NCBI GenBank assembly: GCA_963765495.1
Contig: CAVXWP010000008.1
Location: forward strand, 879,534-943,533
Reading direction: 5' to 3'
Source of the DNA: Blastocatellia bacterium
GTDB lineage: Bacteria > Acidobacteriota > Blastocatellia > UBA7656
Length of the DNA stretch: 64,000 nt
The position numbers and the translations under genes were made by a program. This document shows positions 22,476-34,400 of this stretch, piece by piece. Below the pieces are notes generated by a model that was not told where the DNA came from, searched no databases, and saw only the letters and a program-made list of their open reading frames with translations. Position 1 is the first letter of the stretch. Each line of letters opens with the position of its first letter.

Positions 22476-23464
22476 ATGCCGAAGGTATCTATCATTGCTC
22501 GGACGTCATCTCCGAGAGGGTAAAGCACGGGGCAGGTGCAGCCTGCGTCGATGTATTCCTGAACTTTGGCGCGGCATTCATCCGCCGTGCCCGAGGCCGT
22601 GATGAGTTGGACTACATCGTCCGGGACCAGCCGCATGGCCTCGCGTATCTGATGCTCCTGGGCGGGCCAGGAGAGCACGCGGTTTATCTCGTCCAGCAGG
22701 TCCTGGCTCACGCCGCTTGCTTTCATGATATGTGGTTGCTGGCCTAAATACTGAGTAACCAGTTGGCGTGCAGCGTCGAGCGCGCGTGCCCGGTCACAGT
22801 CAAGTGAGCAGACGATCAGTTGCGGGCGGTCAATATCAACCAGTGAGCGACCGGCTCGCTCGGCCCCCGATTGCAGATGCGTTATCGCTTCACGGTTGTA
22901 AGCAGGAGAGACGAGATAATTCAGCAGAACTCCATCCGCGATTTCGCCCGTCAATTCCATCATCTTCATGCCGGTAGCGCCTATGTAAATAGGCACTTCC
23001 TTTGGCGAGCGCGTACCGTGCACTATGTCTATCTCGACCTCTTCGACCTGAACGAATTCGCCCTTAAAAGTCACTTTTTCCATAGCGAGCAGGCGGCGAA
23101 CAACATCTACGGTTTCGCGCATCGCCTGCATTGGCTTGCGGCGATTGACCCCGACCTTAGAGGCAAGAGGCTCCCACCAGACGCCAAGCCCGCAGAGTAT
23201 ACGGCCCGGCGCAAGATCATCGAGCGTAGAAAATGTCGCGGCAATCAGCGCAGCATTCCGCGTCCAGTTGTTTATCACGCCCGAACCAATTTTTATGCGC
23301 TCGGTCGTAGCGGCAAAGGCAGCCATGGGCACGATGGCATCACGCACAAGGCGCGATTCCGCCTGCCAGACCGCTTCAAACCCGCGCGATTCGGCGTACT
23401 GAACGTATTCGATTGCGTCACGGAGGGAATGCTTGTCCTGGAGGTAGAGAGCGACTCTGTTCAT
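22442..23464 (-). CDS. LLM class flavin-dependent oxidoreductase
   Basis: [41 protein letters not shown]. Confidence 0.9.
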   Translation of the reverse strand: MNRVALYLQDKHSLRDAIEYVQYAESRGFEAVWQAESRLVRDAIVPMAAFAATTERIKIGSGVINNWTRNAALIAATFSTLDDLAPGRILCGLGVWWEPLASKVGVNRRKPMQAMRETVDVVRRLLAMEKVTFKGEFVQVEEVEIDIVHGTRSPKEVPIYIGATGMKMMELTGEIADGVLLNYLVSPAYNREAITHLQSGAERAGRSLVDIDRPQLIVCSLDCDRARALDAARQLVTQYLGQQPHIMKASGVSQDLLDEINRVLSWPAQEHQIREAMRLVPDDVVQLITASGTADECRAKVQEYIDAGCTCPVLYPLGDDVRAMIDTFGIRGQGPGAGGQ

Positions 23465-23644
23465 GCAGGCTCCTTTATAATTGTTTTTTTGCGAAACCTG
23501 AGTTTAGCGCATTTACATGATTATGAGAATGGAGCCCGATATAAGGAACGGCCCGTACAGGCTGGTTACAAACTCAGGGCGGGTCTATAATTCCTGTAAA
23601 CACCGGCTCTTCCGGTGATCTTTTATTGGAAAAGAGAGGCTGAT

Positions 23645-24016
23645 ATGCTACCAATTCGTGGCCTGTATGAGATCGCAATTCGTGTCAAAGAACTTCAAAG
23701 AGCTGAGCCTTTTTACAGGGAAGTGCTCGGATTGGAAGAGGGGCTGAGGGACGAGAAAAGGAACTGGCTATTTTTGAGAGCCGGGGGGCAGGCAGGCATG
23801 GTCGTGCTACAGGAGGACAAGGGGGAGTGGCCCCTGCAACACCTCGCATTCACCGTTGATGCAGCCGATATCGAACGCGCCGCGTCAATGCTCAGAGAGC
23901 GTGGCGTAGACGTAGAGGGGCCGGTATATCACGAGTGGATGCCCGCGCTATCGCTCTACTTCAATGACCCGGACGGCCACGCGCTTGAACTCTGCGCACC
24001 CGCAAATAAAACATAA
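23645..24016 (+). CDS. VOC/glyoxalase family protein
   Basis: FYREVLGL, HLAF, LYFNDPDGHALEL. Confidence 0.9.
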   Translation: MLPIRGLYEIAIRVKELQRAEPFYREVLGLEEGLRDEKRNWLFLRAGGQAGMVVLQEDKGEWPLQHLAFTVDAADIERAASMLRERGVDVEGPVYHEWMPALSLYFNDPDGHALELCAPANKT

Positions 24017-24036
24017 TTGAGTGACAACGAGAGAAT

Positions 24037-25662
24037 ATGAAGACCCCTACACTTGTCCTTAAAAGAGGGCTGATCGTAGACGGCACGGGCAGACCCGGCA
24101 TTATCGGCGATGTGGCGATTCGTGACCGCTACATCGTTGCGATAGACGCGCCGGGGGCGCTTGTCGGCGCTTACGAGATTGATTGCAAGAGCCTTGTCAT
24201 CGCGCCCGGTTTTATTGACACCCACAGCCATTCGGATTTGCGTGTGTTGATCGAGCCGCAACTCCCAATGAAAGCGCGACAGGGCATCACGCTAGAAGTA
24301 TTCGGACAGGACGGCATCTCGGTCGCGCCGATACTTGCGAAGGATAGAGAGCAGGTTTCGCGGCAGCTTGCGGGTCTGTTGGGGAGATTGGGGCGAGAGT
24401 GGAACTGGGAATCTACGGCTGAGTATCTGAAGGCAATCGAGGCGGCTTCTCCCGGGGTGGACTGCGCCTACCTGATCCCGCACGGGGCGATCAGGTTGCA
24501 AGCCTGCGGGATGGAAGACAGGCTTGCAACGCCCGACGAAATAGCGCTAATGCAATCGCTTATTCGTCAGGCGATGAGCGAAGGCGCTGTGGGTCTTTCC
24601 ACGGGATTGATCTACCCGCCCTGTTGCTATGCCGATACGGCGGAGCTGGTCGAATTGTGCCGGACGGTGGCAGAGTTGGACGGGATATTCGTAGCCCACA
24701 TGCGAAGCGAAAGCGATTATCTGGAAGACGCCGTGGCCGAAATGATCGAGATAGGCAAAGAGTCGGGCGTGCGGGTTCATATCTCTCATTTCAAGGCGGC
24801 CGGGCGCGAGAACTGGTCAAGAATCGGACGAGTGATCGAGATGATTCACGAAGCTCGTGGCGAGGGCATCAGGCTGACAGCCGATCAATATCCCTATATC
24901 GCAGGCTCTACGATGCTGGGCGCGATACTTCCCCCGTGGGCGCACGCGGGCGGCGTGGACGATACGATTGAACGGCTGGGAAGCGGGGCCGAGCGAGACC
25001 GCCTGAGAGCGGCACTGCTCGGCTCTGATCGTTCGGATTGGGACAATTTCTGGAAATGGTCGGGACCGGAAGGCATCATAATTTCCGACATACCATCCGG
25101 CAGGCATACTGATTATGTGGGAAAGAATCTGGCTCAGGCCGCGAGCTTACGTCAAAGGGCTGATCGGGTTAGCGAAGAAGAGGTGATTGAATTTGCCTTC
25201 AATCTGCTTGCCGAGGAACGGATGGGCGTAGCTATGATCTCCTTCAGTCAATCCGAAGAGATAGTCCGGCAGATAATGCGCGAGCCTTATGTCAACGTCT
25301 GCACGGATGGGTTGCTCGGAGGCAAGCCGCACCCTCGCGCATACGGGACCTACCCGCGCATTCTGGGCCGGTACTCGCGAGACGAGAGCGTGCTATCGCT
25401 TGAAGAGGCTGTGCGAAAGATGTCGGGTCTGGCGGCCGAAACTTTTCAGTTCAGACACTACGGCCGGGTTGCCGACGATGCTCGCGCAAACCTTGTGGTG
25501 TTCGACCCGGAACGCATTTCGGATCAAGCGACTTTTGACGATCCCAGGCAATACCCGTTAGGGATCAAACATGTAATAGTTGAAGGTCAGCCAAGTTTCT
25601 TTGATGAACCACCCGACGCGGGGAGAAGTGGCATCGTGGTGAGATCGAAATTGGCCGACTGA
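24037..25662 (+). CDS. N-acyl-D-amino-acid deacylase (amidohydrolase)
   Basis: PGFIDTHSHSD, GLSTGLIYPP, HPRAYGTYPR. Confidence 0.92.
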   Translation: MKTPTLVLKRGLIVDGTGRPGIIGDVAIRDRYIVAIDAPGALVGAYEIDCKSLVIAPGFIDTHSHSDLRVLIEPQLPMKARQGITLEVFGQDGISVAPILAKDREQVSRQLAGLLGRLGREWNWESTAEYLKAIEAASPGVDCAYLIPHGAIRLQACGMEDRLATPDEIALMQSLIRQAMSEGAVGLSTGLIYPPCCYADTAELVELCRTVAELDGIFVAHMRSESDYLEDAVAEMIEIGKESGVRVHISHFKAAGRENWSRIGRVIEMIHEARGEGIRLTADQYPYIAGSTMLGAILPPWAHAGGVDDTIERLGSGAERDRLRAALLGSDRSDWDNFWKWSGPEGIIISDIPSGRHTDYVGKNLAQAASLRQRADRVSEEEVIEFAFNLLAEERMGVAMISFSQSEEIVRQIMREPYVNVCTDGLLGGKPHPRAYGTYPRILGRYSRDESVLSLEEAVRKMSGLAAETFQFRHYGRVADDARANLVVFDPERISDQATFDDPRQYPLGIKHVIVEGQPSFFDEPPDAGRSGIVVRSKLAD

Positions 25663-25880
25663 TGAAGTGAATTAATCGTTCTCTTTCAGCTTTTCCAAGA
25701 GGGTCGATTTGAATGCTCGAACTTGCCTTGTCAATTCTGCATATGATGACGCGTATTTAGAAGTCTCACAAGGTGTTGCAAGCGATCGCGTTAAACCCCT
25801 GAAAGCATACAGCCCCGCAAGGACTTATAAGGAAATCATACAACCCGAACTGTTTTGTGAAGTTTTTCTCTTCGGAAAGA

Positions 25881-26381
25881 TTACATAATGAGGTTGGTCT
25901 CTTCAAAATTGCTCTCTCCCAACCCCGTAAGGTCAAGGAGTACCTCGCGTTCCTTTTCGCGCGCCAGAATCTCGAAGGGTATCTCTAAATAGGCTTCCTC
26001 ACTGGTCAGACCCAAACGTCTGTTTTGAAGGAAGTACTTCAGGTACTTGACGGCAAAGGTCCAGTTACCCTCTTGGCGGTATTGCCTACTGTGAGTGATC
26101 TCGTGCGCGAGCAGCGCGATGCCTTTCGCCGAGTGTATATCGTAATGTCCGGGCGCAAAGTAAAGGTTTTTGCCGAGCGTAAAGGCAGAGGGCTTGATTA
26201 CGGCAAACCTGTTTACATACCAGGGCAGATGCTCGTGAATGCGAAGGCTTGTCAGGTCAAAATCAGGGAAGTGCGGGGCGATGAGTTTGGTGATTCGTCC
26301 CGGGAGCGGAAATGATGCGCAGGAATCGAACAATCGAATTACCTTTTGCCTTATATCCTTTGTATTTCGCGCCCGGCGCAA
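25881..26381 (-). CDS. DUF4157 (eCIS core-like) zincin-motif protein
   Basis: AFTLGKNLYF..G.YD..S.KG.ALLAHEITHSRQ. Confidence 0.8.
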   Translation of the reverse strand: MRRARNTKDIRQKVIRLFDSCASFPLPGRITKLIAPHFPDFDLTSLRIHEHLPWYVNRFAVIKPSAFTLGKNLYFAPGHYDIHSAKGIALLAHEITHSRQYRQEGNWTFAVKYLKYFLQNRRLGLTSEEAYLEIPFEILAREKEREVLLDLTGLGESNFEETNLIM

Positions 26382-26538
26382 CCCGAACGCGCTCGAATAT
26401 TTGATTATCCTCTATTTGAAAAATTACAGCGTCTTTCCGATGAGCGCAAACATAGAACAACCACAGAGGCTGGAGAGGGATCAGCCCGACGCTTGCCAAT
26501 CCTCTTCCGCCTCTGCGGTTGATTTCAATCTCTACCAT

Positions 26539-27594
26539 CTATCTGAGAGATTCCACATCTATACCGAAACGAAGGATCTTCATATTGAGAGTAGTCGGCT
26601 TTATCTTGAGAAGTTGGGCCGCCTTGTATTGCACGCCCCCACACTGCTTCAAAGCAGCGCATATCAACGACACTTCAAACTCCTTGACCTCCTCCGCGAG
26701 ATCGATTTCACCGGCGGGCAAACACGTCTGCTTGATATCTGCCGATTCAAGCATTCGCGAAGGCAAAAGCGACCGGTCAAGATAAAGCGGGCGCGACTGC
26801 TTGACCATGTTGTGGATCACCTTCTTAAGCTCACCGATATTGCCCGGCCAGTTGTATTTGCGAAAGAAAGACAAGGTTTCAAAAGAGAGTTCTCTAATCT
26901 CTTTTCCCAGTTGTTGACAGGTCTGTTGAACAAAGTATTTGCATAGCGGCTCGATATCAACCAGTCTCTGGCGGAGTGCCGGTATCGTTATCGAATCACT
27001 GACCGAGATGGATACCGATTCAGAGGCCGGGCCTGACTCCGAGCCAGGCTGGGAATTTTGAGAAGAGCCAAGGATTATGCGGATGTCAGCCGGTTCGAAT
27101 CGCTCATCGCCCAGGCGATGAAACTCTCTATACTCGATCAACCGCGCAATCTTGGATTGCAGGGAGGGCGAGAAGGAAGAGAGACCATTGAGGAAAAGCG
27201 TTCCCCCTTGGGCCGATTCGACTACGCCCTTCTGCGTATAACTGCAACCTGACGAGAGAGTGCGGATAGAGCCGAACAGGGTCGCTTCAATCGAATCGGT
27301 GGGAACAGAATAAAACGACATTGCCACAAAAGGGCCGTCGCGGCGGGCGCTGCAACGATGCACCAGTCGGGCAATATATTCTTTGCCCGTTCCCTGCTCG
27401 CCTTCGAAGATGATCGGGTCATCGGTTGCAGCGTGTACCTCTATTGCTGCTCGCGTATCCTCAGCCCAGCGACTGATTCCTATCAACCGCTCCTTTATAA
27501 ACGAAGCCGCATCTTCTCTGGTAAGGCGAAAAGGCTGCGATTCATTGCTCAAGAGAGTGCGCTTATAAACTTGCATTTGCGAAATCCCTCTCAT
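26539..27594 (-). CDS. Sigma-54-interaction-domain/Fis-HTH regulator, degenerate
   Basis: GEQGTGKE, GGTLFL, YNWPGNIGEL, C-terminal Fis HTH; GAFTGA and Walker B DE are missing. Confidence 0.85.
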   Translation of the reverse strand: MRGISQMQVYKRTLLSNESQPFRLTREDAASFIKERLIGISRWAEDTRAAIEVHAATDDPIIFEGEQGTGKEYIARLVHRCSARRDGPFVAMSFYSVPTDSIEATLFGSIRTLSSGCSYTQKGVVESAQGGTLFLNGLSSFSPSLQSKIARLIEYREFHRLGDERFEPADIRIILGSSQNSQPGSESGPASESVSISVSDSITIPALRQRLVDIEPLCKYFVQQTCQQLGKEIRELSFETLSFFRKYNWPGNIGELKKVIHNMVKQSRPLYLDRSLLPSRMLESADIKQTCLPAGEIDLAEEVKEFEVSLICAALKQCGGVQYKAAQLLKIKPTTLNMKILRFGIDVESLR

Positions 27595-27757
27595 TTTGAT
27601 TTTTTTTGCCGACGGTCTGAGCCACCTGCACGAACGGGGGCTCCGACCATTACGATTATAGGCGGACTAATTTATTGGGCGAAGTTCAATGGGATGAGTG
27701 TGCAGGAATTTGTGGCGAATCGGCCTGCTCCGGGTATGAGTCTTGACTCGCAGGAGT

Positions 27758-27783
27758 AAAAAAGGGCGGCCCGAAGGCCGCCC
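27758..27783 (-). terminator. Rho-independent terminator after TBDR 1
   Basis: GGGCGGCC-TTCG-GGCCGCCC followed by T6 on the minus strand. Confidence 0.88.
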
Positions 27784-27816
27784 ATGCAACAAATTGAATT
27801 ACCGGATCGACGATTT

Positions 27817-30800
27817 TCAGAAGCCGTAGCGGAGTTGAATCCGCCCGTAACGGCCTACCGGATTGCCGGTCGGGCCGATTATTCCGCCGTCGTTTAGCCC
27901 CGGGTTGTTAAAGAACGGGTTCAACACATCGCCATTGCTGTTGTCTGAGCCGATGGCGGGGTTGGCCCACGTGTAGTTCGGGTGATTGAAGACGTTGAAG
28001 AAATCAAAGCGCACTTCAAGTTTATGCCCTTCAAACGGCATCTTGAATGCTTTGTTCAGGCTCAGATCGAGCCGGTTGACTCTGGGAGCACGCAGCGTAT
28101 TTCGACCCACAAGTCCCGTGCGGATAGAAGGATCGACCACGTAGCGTGCGCTGTTGAGGCTGATCGGATTTCCGTTGGCGTCAACGTAACCCGTAGGCGA
28201 TGTGATTCCAAACTCACTATCGAGAATCGCCACGGAGTTTGCCGGAGCAGCCGGATTGCTGATGGCAGGGCGATCATTGAAGGCGTTCAAGTCACCGTTC
28301 AAATCGATTCCCTGTACGGAAACTATATCCACAGCGCCCGACTGTATCCTGTAGATGCCAGATACCGTCCAGAAGCCCGCGATCTGTCCGAGCAGACCCG
28401 TTTTCGGACCGGGAACGTCCCAGACCATTGATAGAACCGCTCGGTGAGGAACATCGAATGCGGATACGCTGCGGTCCACATCTCGATTAAACGGGTTTGA
28501 TACGCGACTGCTTCCGCCCGTGGTGACAAAGACTTCGCTGAGGTTGTCTATTGATTTCGACCACGTGTAAGCAAACCGCGCAAGCAGACCTTTACTCAAC
28601 CCGCGCTCGACCCTTGTTTGCAGCGAGTGATAATTTGAATCCCCGCCGTTTGTGCGAGCGACCACCGACCCGCGCGAAGAATTGGCGCGAACTCCGTTTG
28701 TCGCTATATTCAATTGCTCATTGATGAATTCCCTCGTAGCCCGCGTTCCTACGTAAGCCAGATCGAGAATCGTATTCCCGGGCAACTGGCGCTGGATTCC
28801 GAAATTCCACGTATGAATCTGCGGATTGACCAGATCAGGTACGATGGTGGTTATAGCGGCTCTCGGGTTGAGTACAGCCGTTGTCGGGAGCGAATTCACA
28901 CCGGCACCCGCAAATCCACGGCCTCCGACACTGCCTCCGAGCGTCGATACGGCTGCCACATTCGGAGATGCCGACGCCGTATTGCTCAGGACGTTGTTGA
29001 AAAAGACATCATAGCTGATGCCGTACCCGCCACGGATGACAGTCTCATCATTGCCAAAGAGTTTACTGATAAAACCATCTCCGCCAAAGCGGGGAGTGTA
29101 GGCAAAGCTGAAGCGCGGAGCAAAGTTATTGTTATCGCGTTTCTGTTTGGCTACCGTGGTTATCGGCACGTCGAAACCGGCAAAGGCCGGGAAAGAAACT
29201 ACATTGAAAGGCGTGCCGTAGTTTTCATACCGCAGCCCCAGCGTCAAAGTCAGATTGGGCCGGACGCGCCAGCTGTCGTTTATGAAGTAGGACTGCTGGA
29301 ACGCGTCAGGATAGACAACAGGGCTGCCAAAGGACTCGGCTGCAAACGTGCCCTGAGTGCCTGAGAATGCATCGACAAAATTACCGAAGGTCGGGAACCC
29401 GCCGCCCGCAGAGTACGTGAGCGTGCCCTGCGCATTGAAGGGCACGAACTGTTTGGCAATCTGCCGCACGAGGTCCGCGCCTGCCCGTATCGTATGGGTT
29501 CCAAAGGTCTTGGTAATCGTGTCCTGGAACTGATAGTTGTTAAAGATGCGCCCCTGCGGGAAGGTGGAGGAGATGCCTCCCAGCGCACCGATTCCTGTGA
29601 CCGGGATGCCGCCGAAAAGAAATTCCGGGCCGAAAGCCAGAGTGGCCGGGTCGGTAGCTCCAAACAGCACGTTGAACCGCCCGTAAGAGAACCGGAATTC
29701 ATTTGTCGTGGATGTGGATAAGACTCTGGTGTAGTTGAGATAGAAATTTTGAGTCTTTCCCGTCACATCAACCCCAAACCCCGGGAACACGGTCGGGAAT
29801 TGATTGCTGAAGGTCTGGTCTTGAAGCAGGTAGCGGAACGCAAAATTGTTGTCTGCGTTCGGTGCCCAATCAACACGACCCAGCACGTCATACGTATTTA
29901 CGGGTTGAGCGGAAAATGTCGTCACCGTCCCGAATTCGATATCGGGGCGCCCGCCGCCAAGAGAGACATTCACCGGGTTGGTCGTTCCGCGCAGATCACC
30001 GATTACACTCAGATAACGATCCAGATTTGCGCTTGAACCCTGCGGGAAGAGGGCGCGAAGCTGGTTGAATCCGCTTGAGGTCGGGATGACAGCCGAGGCG
30101 GATACGCCGCCCGAACGGGTCAGCGTAGGCTGAAAGGTTCCAAAGAAAAAGAGCTTGTCTTTCATGATCGGGCCCCCGAGAGAGAACCCGAAACTGTTCT
30201 GCGTGTAAACAGGCACGGAGGTCAATCCTTCGTTGACCTTCTGCCCGGGACTCAGTGAAGCAAGCGAGCTCGTGTCAATCACATCGTAGGCCGATCCGTG
30301 AAACTCGTTGGTCCCACTTCTGGTGACTACGTTTACGACCGCGCCGCCCGCTCGACCGTATTCAGCAGAGTTGTCTCCGCCCAGGACTGCAACTTCTTTG
30401 TAACCGTCGCGAAGTATCGGCTGAATCTGCTGCCCGGTGATCGAGTTATCGTTGTTGTCGGTCCCGTCAATCAACTGATTATTTGAGCGAGCGCGTAAAC
30501 CGTTGATGTTGAACTCTGTGCCCTGCACAAATCCTCCCGCGAGGACTCCGGGGTCGGTAACGCCCGGCAGTGTAAAGACAAGGTTAACCGGGTTTAGCCC
30601 GGCCACGGGAAGATCAACAAGCTGTCGCTGCTCAAGCGTGTTGTTGCGCGCTCCGTCCTGCTGTTGGAGGATGACGGTCGAATCCGCCGTCACGTTTACG
30701 ACCTCCCCCTGCGCGCCTATCTGTAGGGGAAAATCACTTGTAGTAGCCTGCGTAGCTACGATTGTCACGTTTTCGCGCGTGAGGGTCTTGAACCCGGTCG

Positions 30801-31080
30801 CGCTGACCTCGACCGAATATGATCCGGGGTCAATTGCGTCAATACGGTAGCTGCCGTCTTCTTTAGAAGTCGTCTCTCGTACGACTCCGGTTGCCTGATT
30901 TTTAATCCTAACCGTTGCCTGCCCGACCACCGCACCGGCAGGGTCGGTCACTGTGCCAACCAGTATGCCTTTGCTCGATTGAGCGTAGGCGGTTCCCCCA
31001 ATCACAGGCAATAGCGATGCCGCGAGCATCACAAATAAGGTAGCCAGTGTGAGGGATCTTATTTTACGAAGGTGCCTCAT
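27817..31080 (-). CDS. TonB-dependent receptor (Oar-like) with carboxypeptidase regulatory-like N-domain
   Basis: GTVTDPAGAVV, SAEYGRAGG..VTRSGTNEFHG, NNFAPRF, C-terminal RYGF; SD GAAGGAG before ATG 31080. Confidence 0.93.
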   Translation of the reverse strand: MRHLRKIRSLTLATLFVMLAASLLPVIGGTAYAQSSKGILVGTVTDPAGAVVGQATVRIKNQATGVVRETTSKEDGSYRIDAIDPGSYSVEVSATGFKTLTRENVTIVATQATTSDFPLQIGAQGEVVNVTADSTVILQQQDGARNNTLEQRQLVDLPVAGLNPVNLVFTLPGVTDPGVLAGGFVQGTEFNINGLRARSNNQLIDGTDNNDNSITGQQIQPILRDGYKEVAVLGGDNSAEYGRAGGAVVNVVTRSGTNEFHGSAYDVIDTSSLASLSPGQKVNEGLTSVPVYTQNSFGFSLGGPIMKDKLFFFGTFQPTLTRSGGVSASAVIPTSSGFNQLRALFPQGSSANLDRYLSVIGDLRGTTNPVNVSLGGGRPDIEFGTVTTFSAQPVNTYDVLGRVDWAPNADNNFAFRYLLQDQTFSNQFPTVFPGFGVDVTGKTQNFYLNYTRVLSTSTTNEFRFSYGRFNVLFGATDPATLAFGPEFLFGGIPVTGIGALGGISSTFPQGRIFNNYQFQDTITKTFGTHTIRAGADLVRQIAKQFVPFNAQGTLTYSAGGGFPTFGNFVDAFSGTQGTFAAESFGSPVVYPDAFQQSYFINDSWRVRPNLTLTLGLRYENYGTPFNVVSFPAFAGFDVPITTVAKQKRDNNNFAPRFSFAYTPRFGGDGFISKLFGNDETVIRGGYGISYDVFFNNVLSNTASASPNVAAVSTLGGSVGGRGFAGAGVNSLPTTAVLNPRAAITTIVPDLVNPQIHTWNFGIQRQLPGNTILDLAYVGTRATREFINEQLNIATNGVRANSSRGSVVARTNGGDSNYHSLQTRVERGLSKGLLARFAYTWSKSIDNLSEVFVTTGGSSRVSNPFNRDVDRSVSAFDVPHRAVLSMVWDVPGPKTGLLGQIAGFWTVSGIYRIQSGAVDIVSVQGIDLNGDLNAFNDRPAISNPAAPANSVAILDSEFGITSPTGYVDANGNPISLNSARYVVDPSIRTGLVGRNTLRAPRVNRLDLSLNKAFKMPFEGHKLEVRFDFFNVFNHPNYTWANPAIGSDNSNGDVLNPFFNNPGLNDGGIIGPTGNPVGRYGRIQLRYGF

Positions 31081-31360
31081 ATTTCTTACTCCTTCCGAAC
31101 TCCTTGTACGTGCTCTTTGTTTAGAGACAGGAATGGTGTTCCTTGACATACATTTACTTAGCCAAAGCGTTAGCCTCTGTTTGATCAGTATCCCCTGACG
31201 CTTCTATGAAGAGACTGCGTAGTAGATATCCTTGATACGGCAGGAGCCACGGGCTTTTACACGGGTTTTTAACATACAGATGCAAGTTTAGATTGCATCT
31301 CTGCATGTGGGAATGCTTATGGGACGAGCGCGCAAAATTCAGGGATGAAGAGGCCATTAA

Positions 31361-31460
31361 GCGTGATACGTGATGCGTGAGATCGGACATTTCCTCATTA
31401 AAGGAAGACCGTCTTTAATATCACGCATCACGCTTCACTTATCACTCCATCACGCATCAC
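31361..31460. repeat. 7-bp palindromic element between TBDR genes
   Basis: gcgtgatacgtgatgcgtga ... tcacgcatcacgcttcacttatcactccatcacgcatcac. Confidence 0.8.
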
Positions 31461-31469
31461 TTGTGTGGA

Positions 31470-34400
31470 TCAGAAACTGTACCTCAACACAAGCTGGATT
31501 ACGCGAGGGTTAGAATTCAATATTGATCCGACAGGATCATTTGTCGGATCGGCGTAACGCGGAGTTCCGCTAAACAATCGCGCGTCCTGAAAGCGGTTGC
31601 TTGTGACGTTCACATAATCGAGAGAAAAAGGATCGTCTATGATGAACTGCGGATGGTTGAACGCGTTATAGAATTCAGCCCTGAATTCCAGTTGTTTCTT
31701 TTCCGAAATCGGAAATCTCTTAAATATAGAGATGTCCCAGTTATTGAGCCCGGGTGCCCTGAGCAGATTGCGCCCGGCGTTGGCCTTCGCACCTGTGTCT
31801 GCGAAGACGAATTGAGCATTGGGGTCTGCGGCGACATAGCCCACGACCTGGCTCGGGTCTGCGGAATCTCGCGGGACCACCTGGCCGTTTCTGAGCACCC
31901 AGTTTACATCTGTGCCCCGTCGCGGATCGCCGTTGAGATTTAATACGGTGCGGTCGCCCGCGTTGTCGAAATCTCCGTTGGCATCGTTGAAACTCAGAGC
32001 ATCAACCGGCTGTCCGCTCTCGGCCTGATATACGCCGCTGATCTGCCAGTTGCCAAGTGCTTGCCCGCGAAAACCTCGCTCGTTTCGATAGAAGGGCAAT
32101 TCATAAATCCACCCTACTACAAGCCTGTGCGGGCGAGAGAGTGTCGATTCGCCGCGTTCCGACCTCAGATCGAAATGGTTCTGTGGTCTTCGCGGATTGA
32201 CGAAGCTCGTAAACAATTCGTTGGTGATGTTGTCAATCGTCCTGCTGTAGGTATAGGACGCATCGAGAGTTAATCCGCTGGCAAACCTGCGTTTCACGCT
32301 GAGCGAGCCTCCGTGATAGATCGAAGTGCCCTGCGCGGGAAAGACCGTGAAGTTTTGCAGGAACCCCAGATCGCTCAGCACACGTTTCTGAGCGTCAATA
32401 AAGTCCTGCTGCGAAGGCAGATTTCTGAGTGCCGCAGCCGCAGGTATTTCGGACTGGCTCAGGAAGGTCGGCAGGTTGAAAGAGGGCGGGAACCCGCTAT
32501 TCAATCTCTGCTGCATAAACAGGTGCAATCCGCGTGTGCCGAGATAGCGGGCCTCGATTGACCAGTTGCGAAGGAACTCTCGCTGGAGGGAAAGCGACCA
32601 GGAAAGAGTGTAGGGCGTTTGAGTATCGAAGATCATCCCCTGAGTGAAAGCCCGCGCAAGGTCACGATCGGTGAAGAACTCCGGCGGGACCGTACCCGAC
32701 GGGATGCCCCCATTTTGAAGGAAGTTTGTATCGCTTCCAAAGACTCCGCCGCTGCCGGTAGAGGCATCTATCTCCTGCTGGAATTGAGGCGGCAACTGCA
32801 ACAGAACCAGATTCTGAAACAGCACATCATAGCCCATCGAGAACCCGCCCCGAATCGAGGACTGACCCGCATCCCCAAAAGCGCGCTTTAGCCATCCGCT
32901 GTGAAATTCGGGAGCCCAGGCAAAACCTATGCGGGGAGCAAAGTTATTCTTGTCCGTTTTTGGAACCCTGAAGTTTATCCCGTCGGGGAACAGTCCCGTG
33001 AGCCCGGTTCGCTGGCGAATCTGCTCAAGCACAGGGTCATCGGCGCTGACATTTGCGATGCTGTTGAGCGCCTGCAACCCGGCATCCCTCGCGTTTGATG
33101 TGTACTCGTAGCGCAACCCGAGGTTTATTGTCAGGTTGGGCCTCCACTTGAAATCATCCTGGAAGAAACCATAGATGGCCCACTGATTTCCGGCAAACGC
33201 GCCCGACCCTACGCCGCGCAGACCGCCGTTTGAGCCTGTAGGTTTGATGTCGCGCAGAAAGTCTTCAAGCGTGCGGTAAGAGTATTCGCCTCGTCCGCGC
33301 GGAAGAAATACCTGCGGCGCGATTGCGTTTCTAAAATCCGCGCCGAATTTTGTCTGGTGACGGCCTTTTATCCAGCTCATGGTGTCTACGTACTGATAGA
33401 CATTGGTCGTGCCGCCCTGAGGCGAATTCTCTTCCGGCCCTATGATGAGACCAAGTTCATCAATATTCAGACCGGGGAAATCTGCAAACGCATCGGGGAC
33501 TGTGAAATCCTGAACCTGCCGCCTGTATCCGAATCGAAATTCGTTAAGAAGATCGGTGTTGAACTCGTGAATCTCTGTGAGGGAAACCAGCCTGTTATCA
33601 TTTGCAAGCGAGCCTGTAAATTCAGGTCCCGGAGTGCCGAGATTGGGCTGACGGAAGCGATCATAGAAGAATCGTCCGTAGAGCCGGTCGCTTTGCGAGA
33701 TGTTGTAATCAATGTTGGCGTGCCATTGATACAGGTTATAAAAACTCGGCACAAGAACAAGCAATTGCCCGGTAGGCACCTGTCTGCCAAGTACGTTGAT
33801 CGTCCCATCCGAGACGGCAGCCGGAGAGACGTGTGACCTCAAGAGATCGAGCGTGAAGGGGCTGATCCCCGGTATGCTTTCAAGGATTGAAAACCCCTGA
33901 GAGGTAGGCGCGCCAAAGGTTTGTGTGGACCCCGCCTGCCCCCGGGTTTGATACTGGAATGCCCCGAAAAAGAATAGTTTGTCCTTGAATATGGGACCGC
34001 CGAAGTCGCCGCCTACCCGGTTGAAATCGTCTCGCGGGCGGCTATCGGGTTGAGCGCCTGCGGCTATCTGCTCTTTGAACCTGTGATCGAGCGAGCGAAG
34101 ATATTTGTTGATGTTGTACCACCATAGATCGCCGTGAAAATCGTTTGTGCCGCTCTTTGTAATAGTATTGAACTGCCCGGCTGAAGAGTGGCCGAATTCG
34201 GCTGAAAACTGATTGGTCAGGACGGTGAATTCTTTTACCGCGTCCTGGATCGGGGCTATCTGAGGGCCGGTCAAGGTGATGTCGTTGTTGTCTATGCCGT
34301 CGAGCGTAAAAGAGTTGTTTCGCGGGCGGTTGCCTCCGACAGAGCCGCCTACCCCGTCAACGCCTGAGCCCTGATTTGTGACGTTGGGCGAAAGCAGCGC

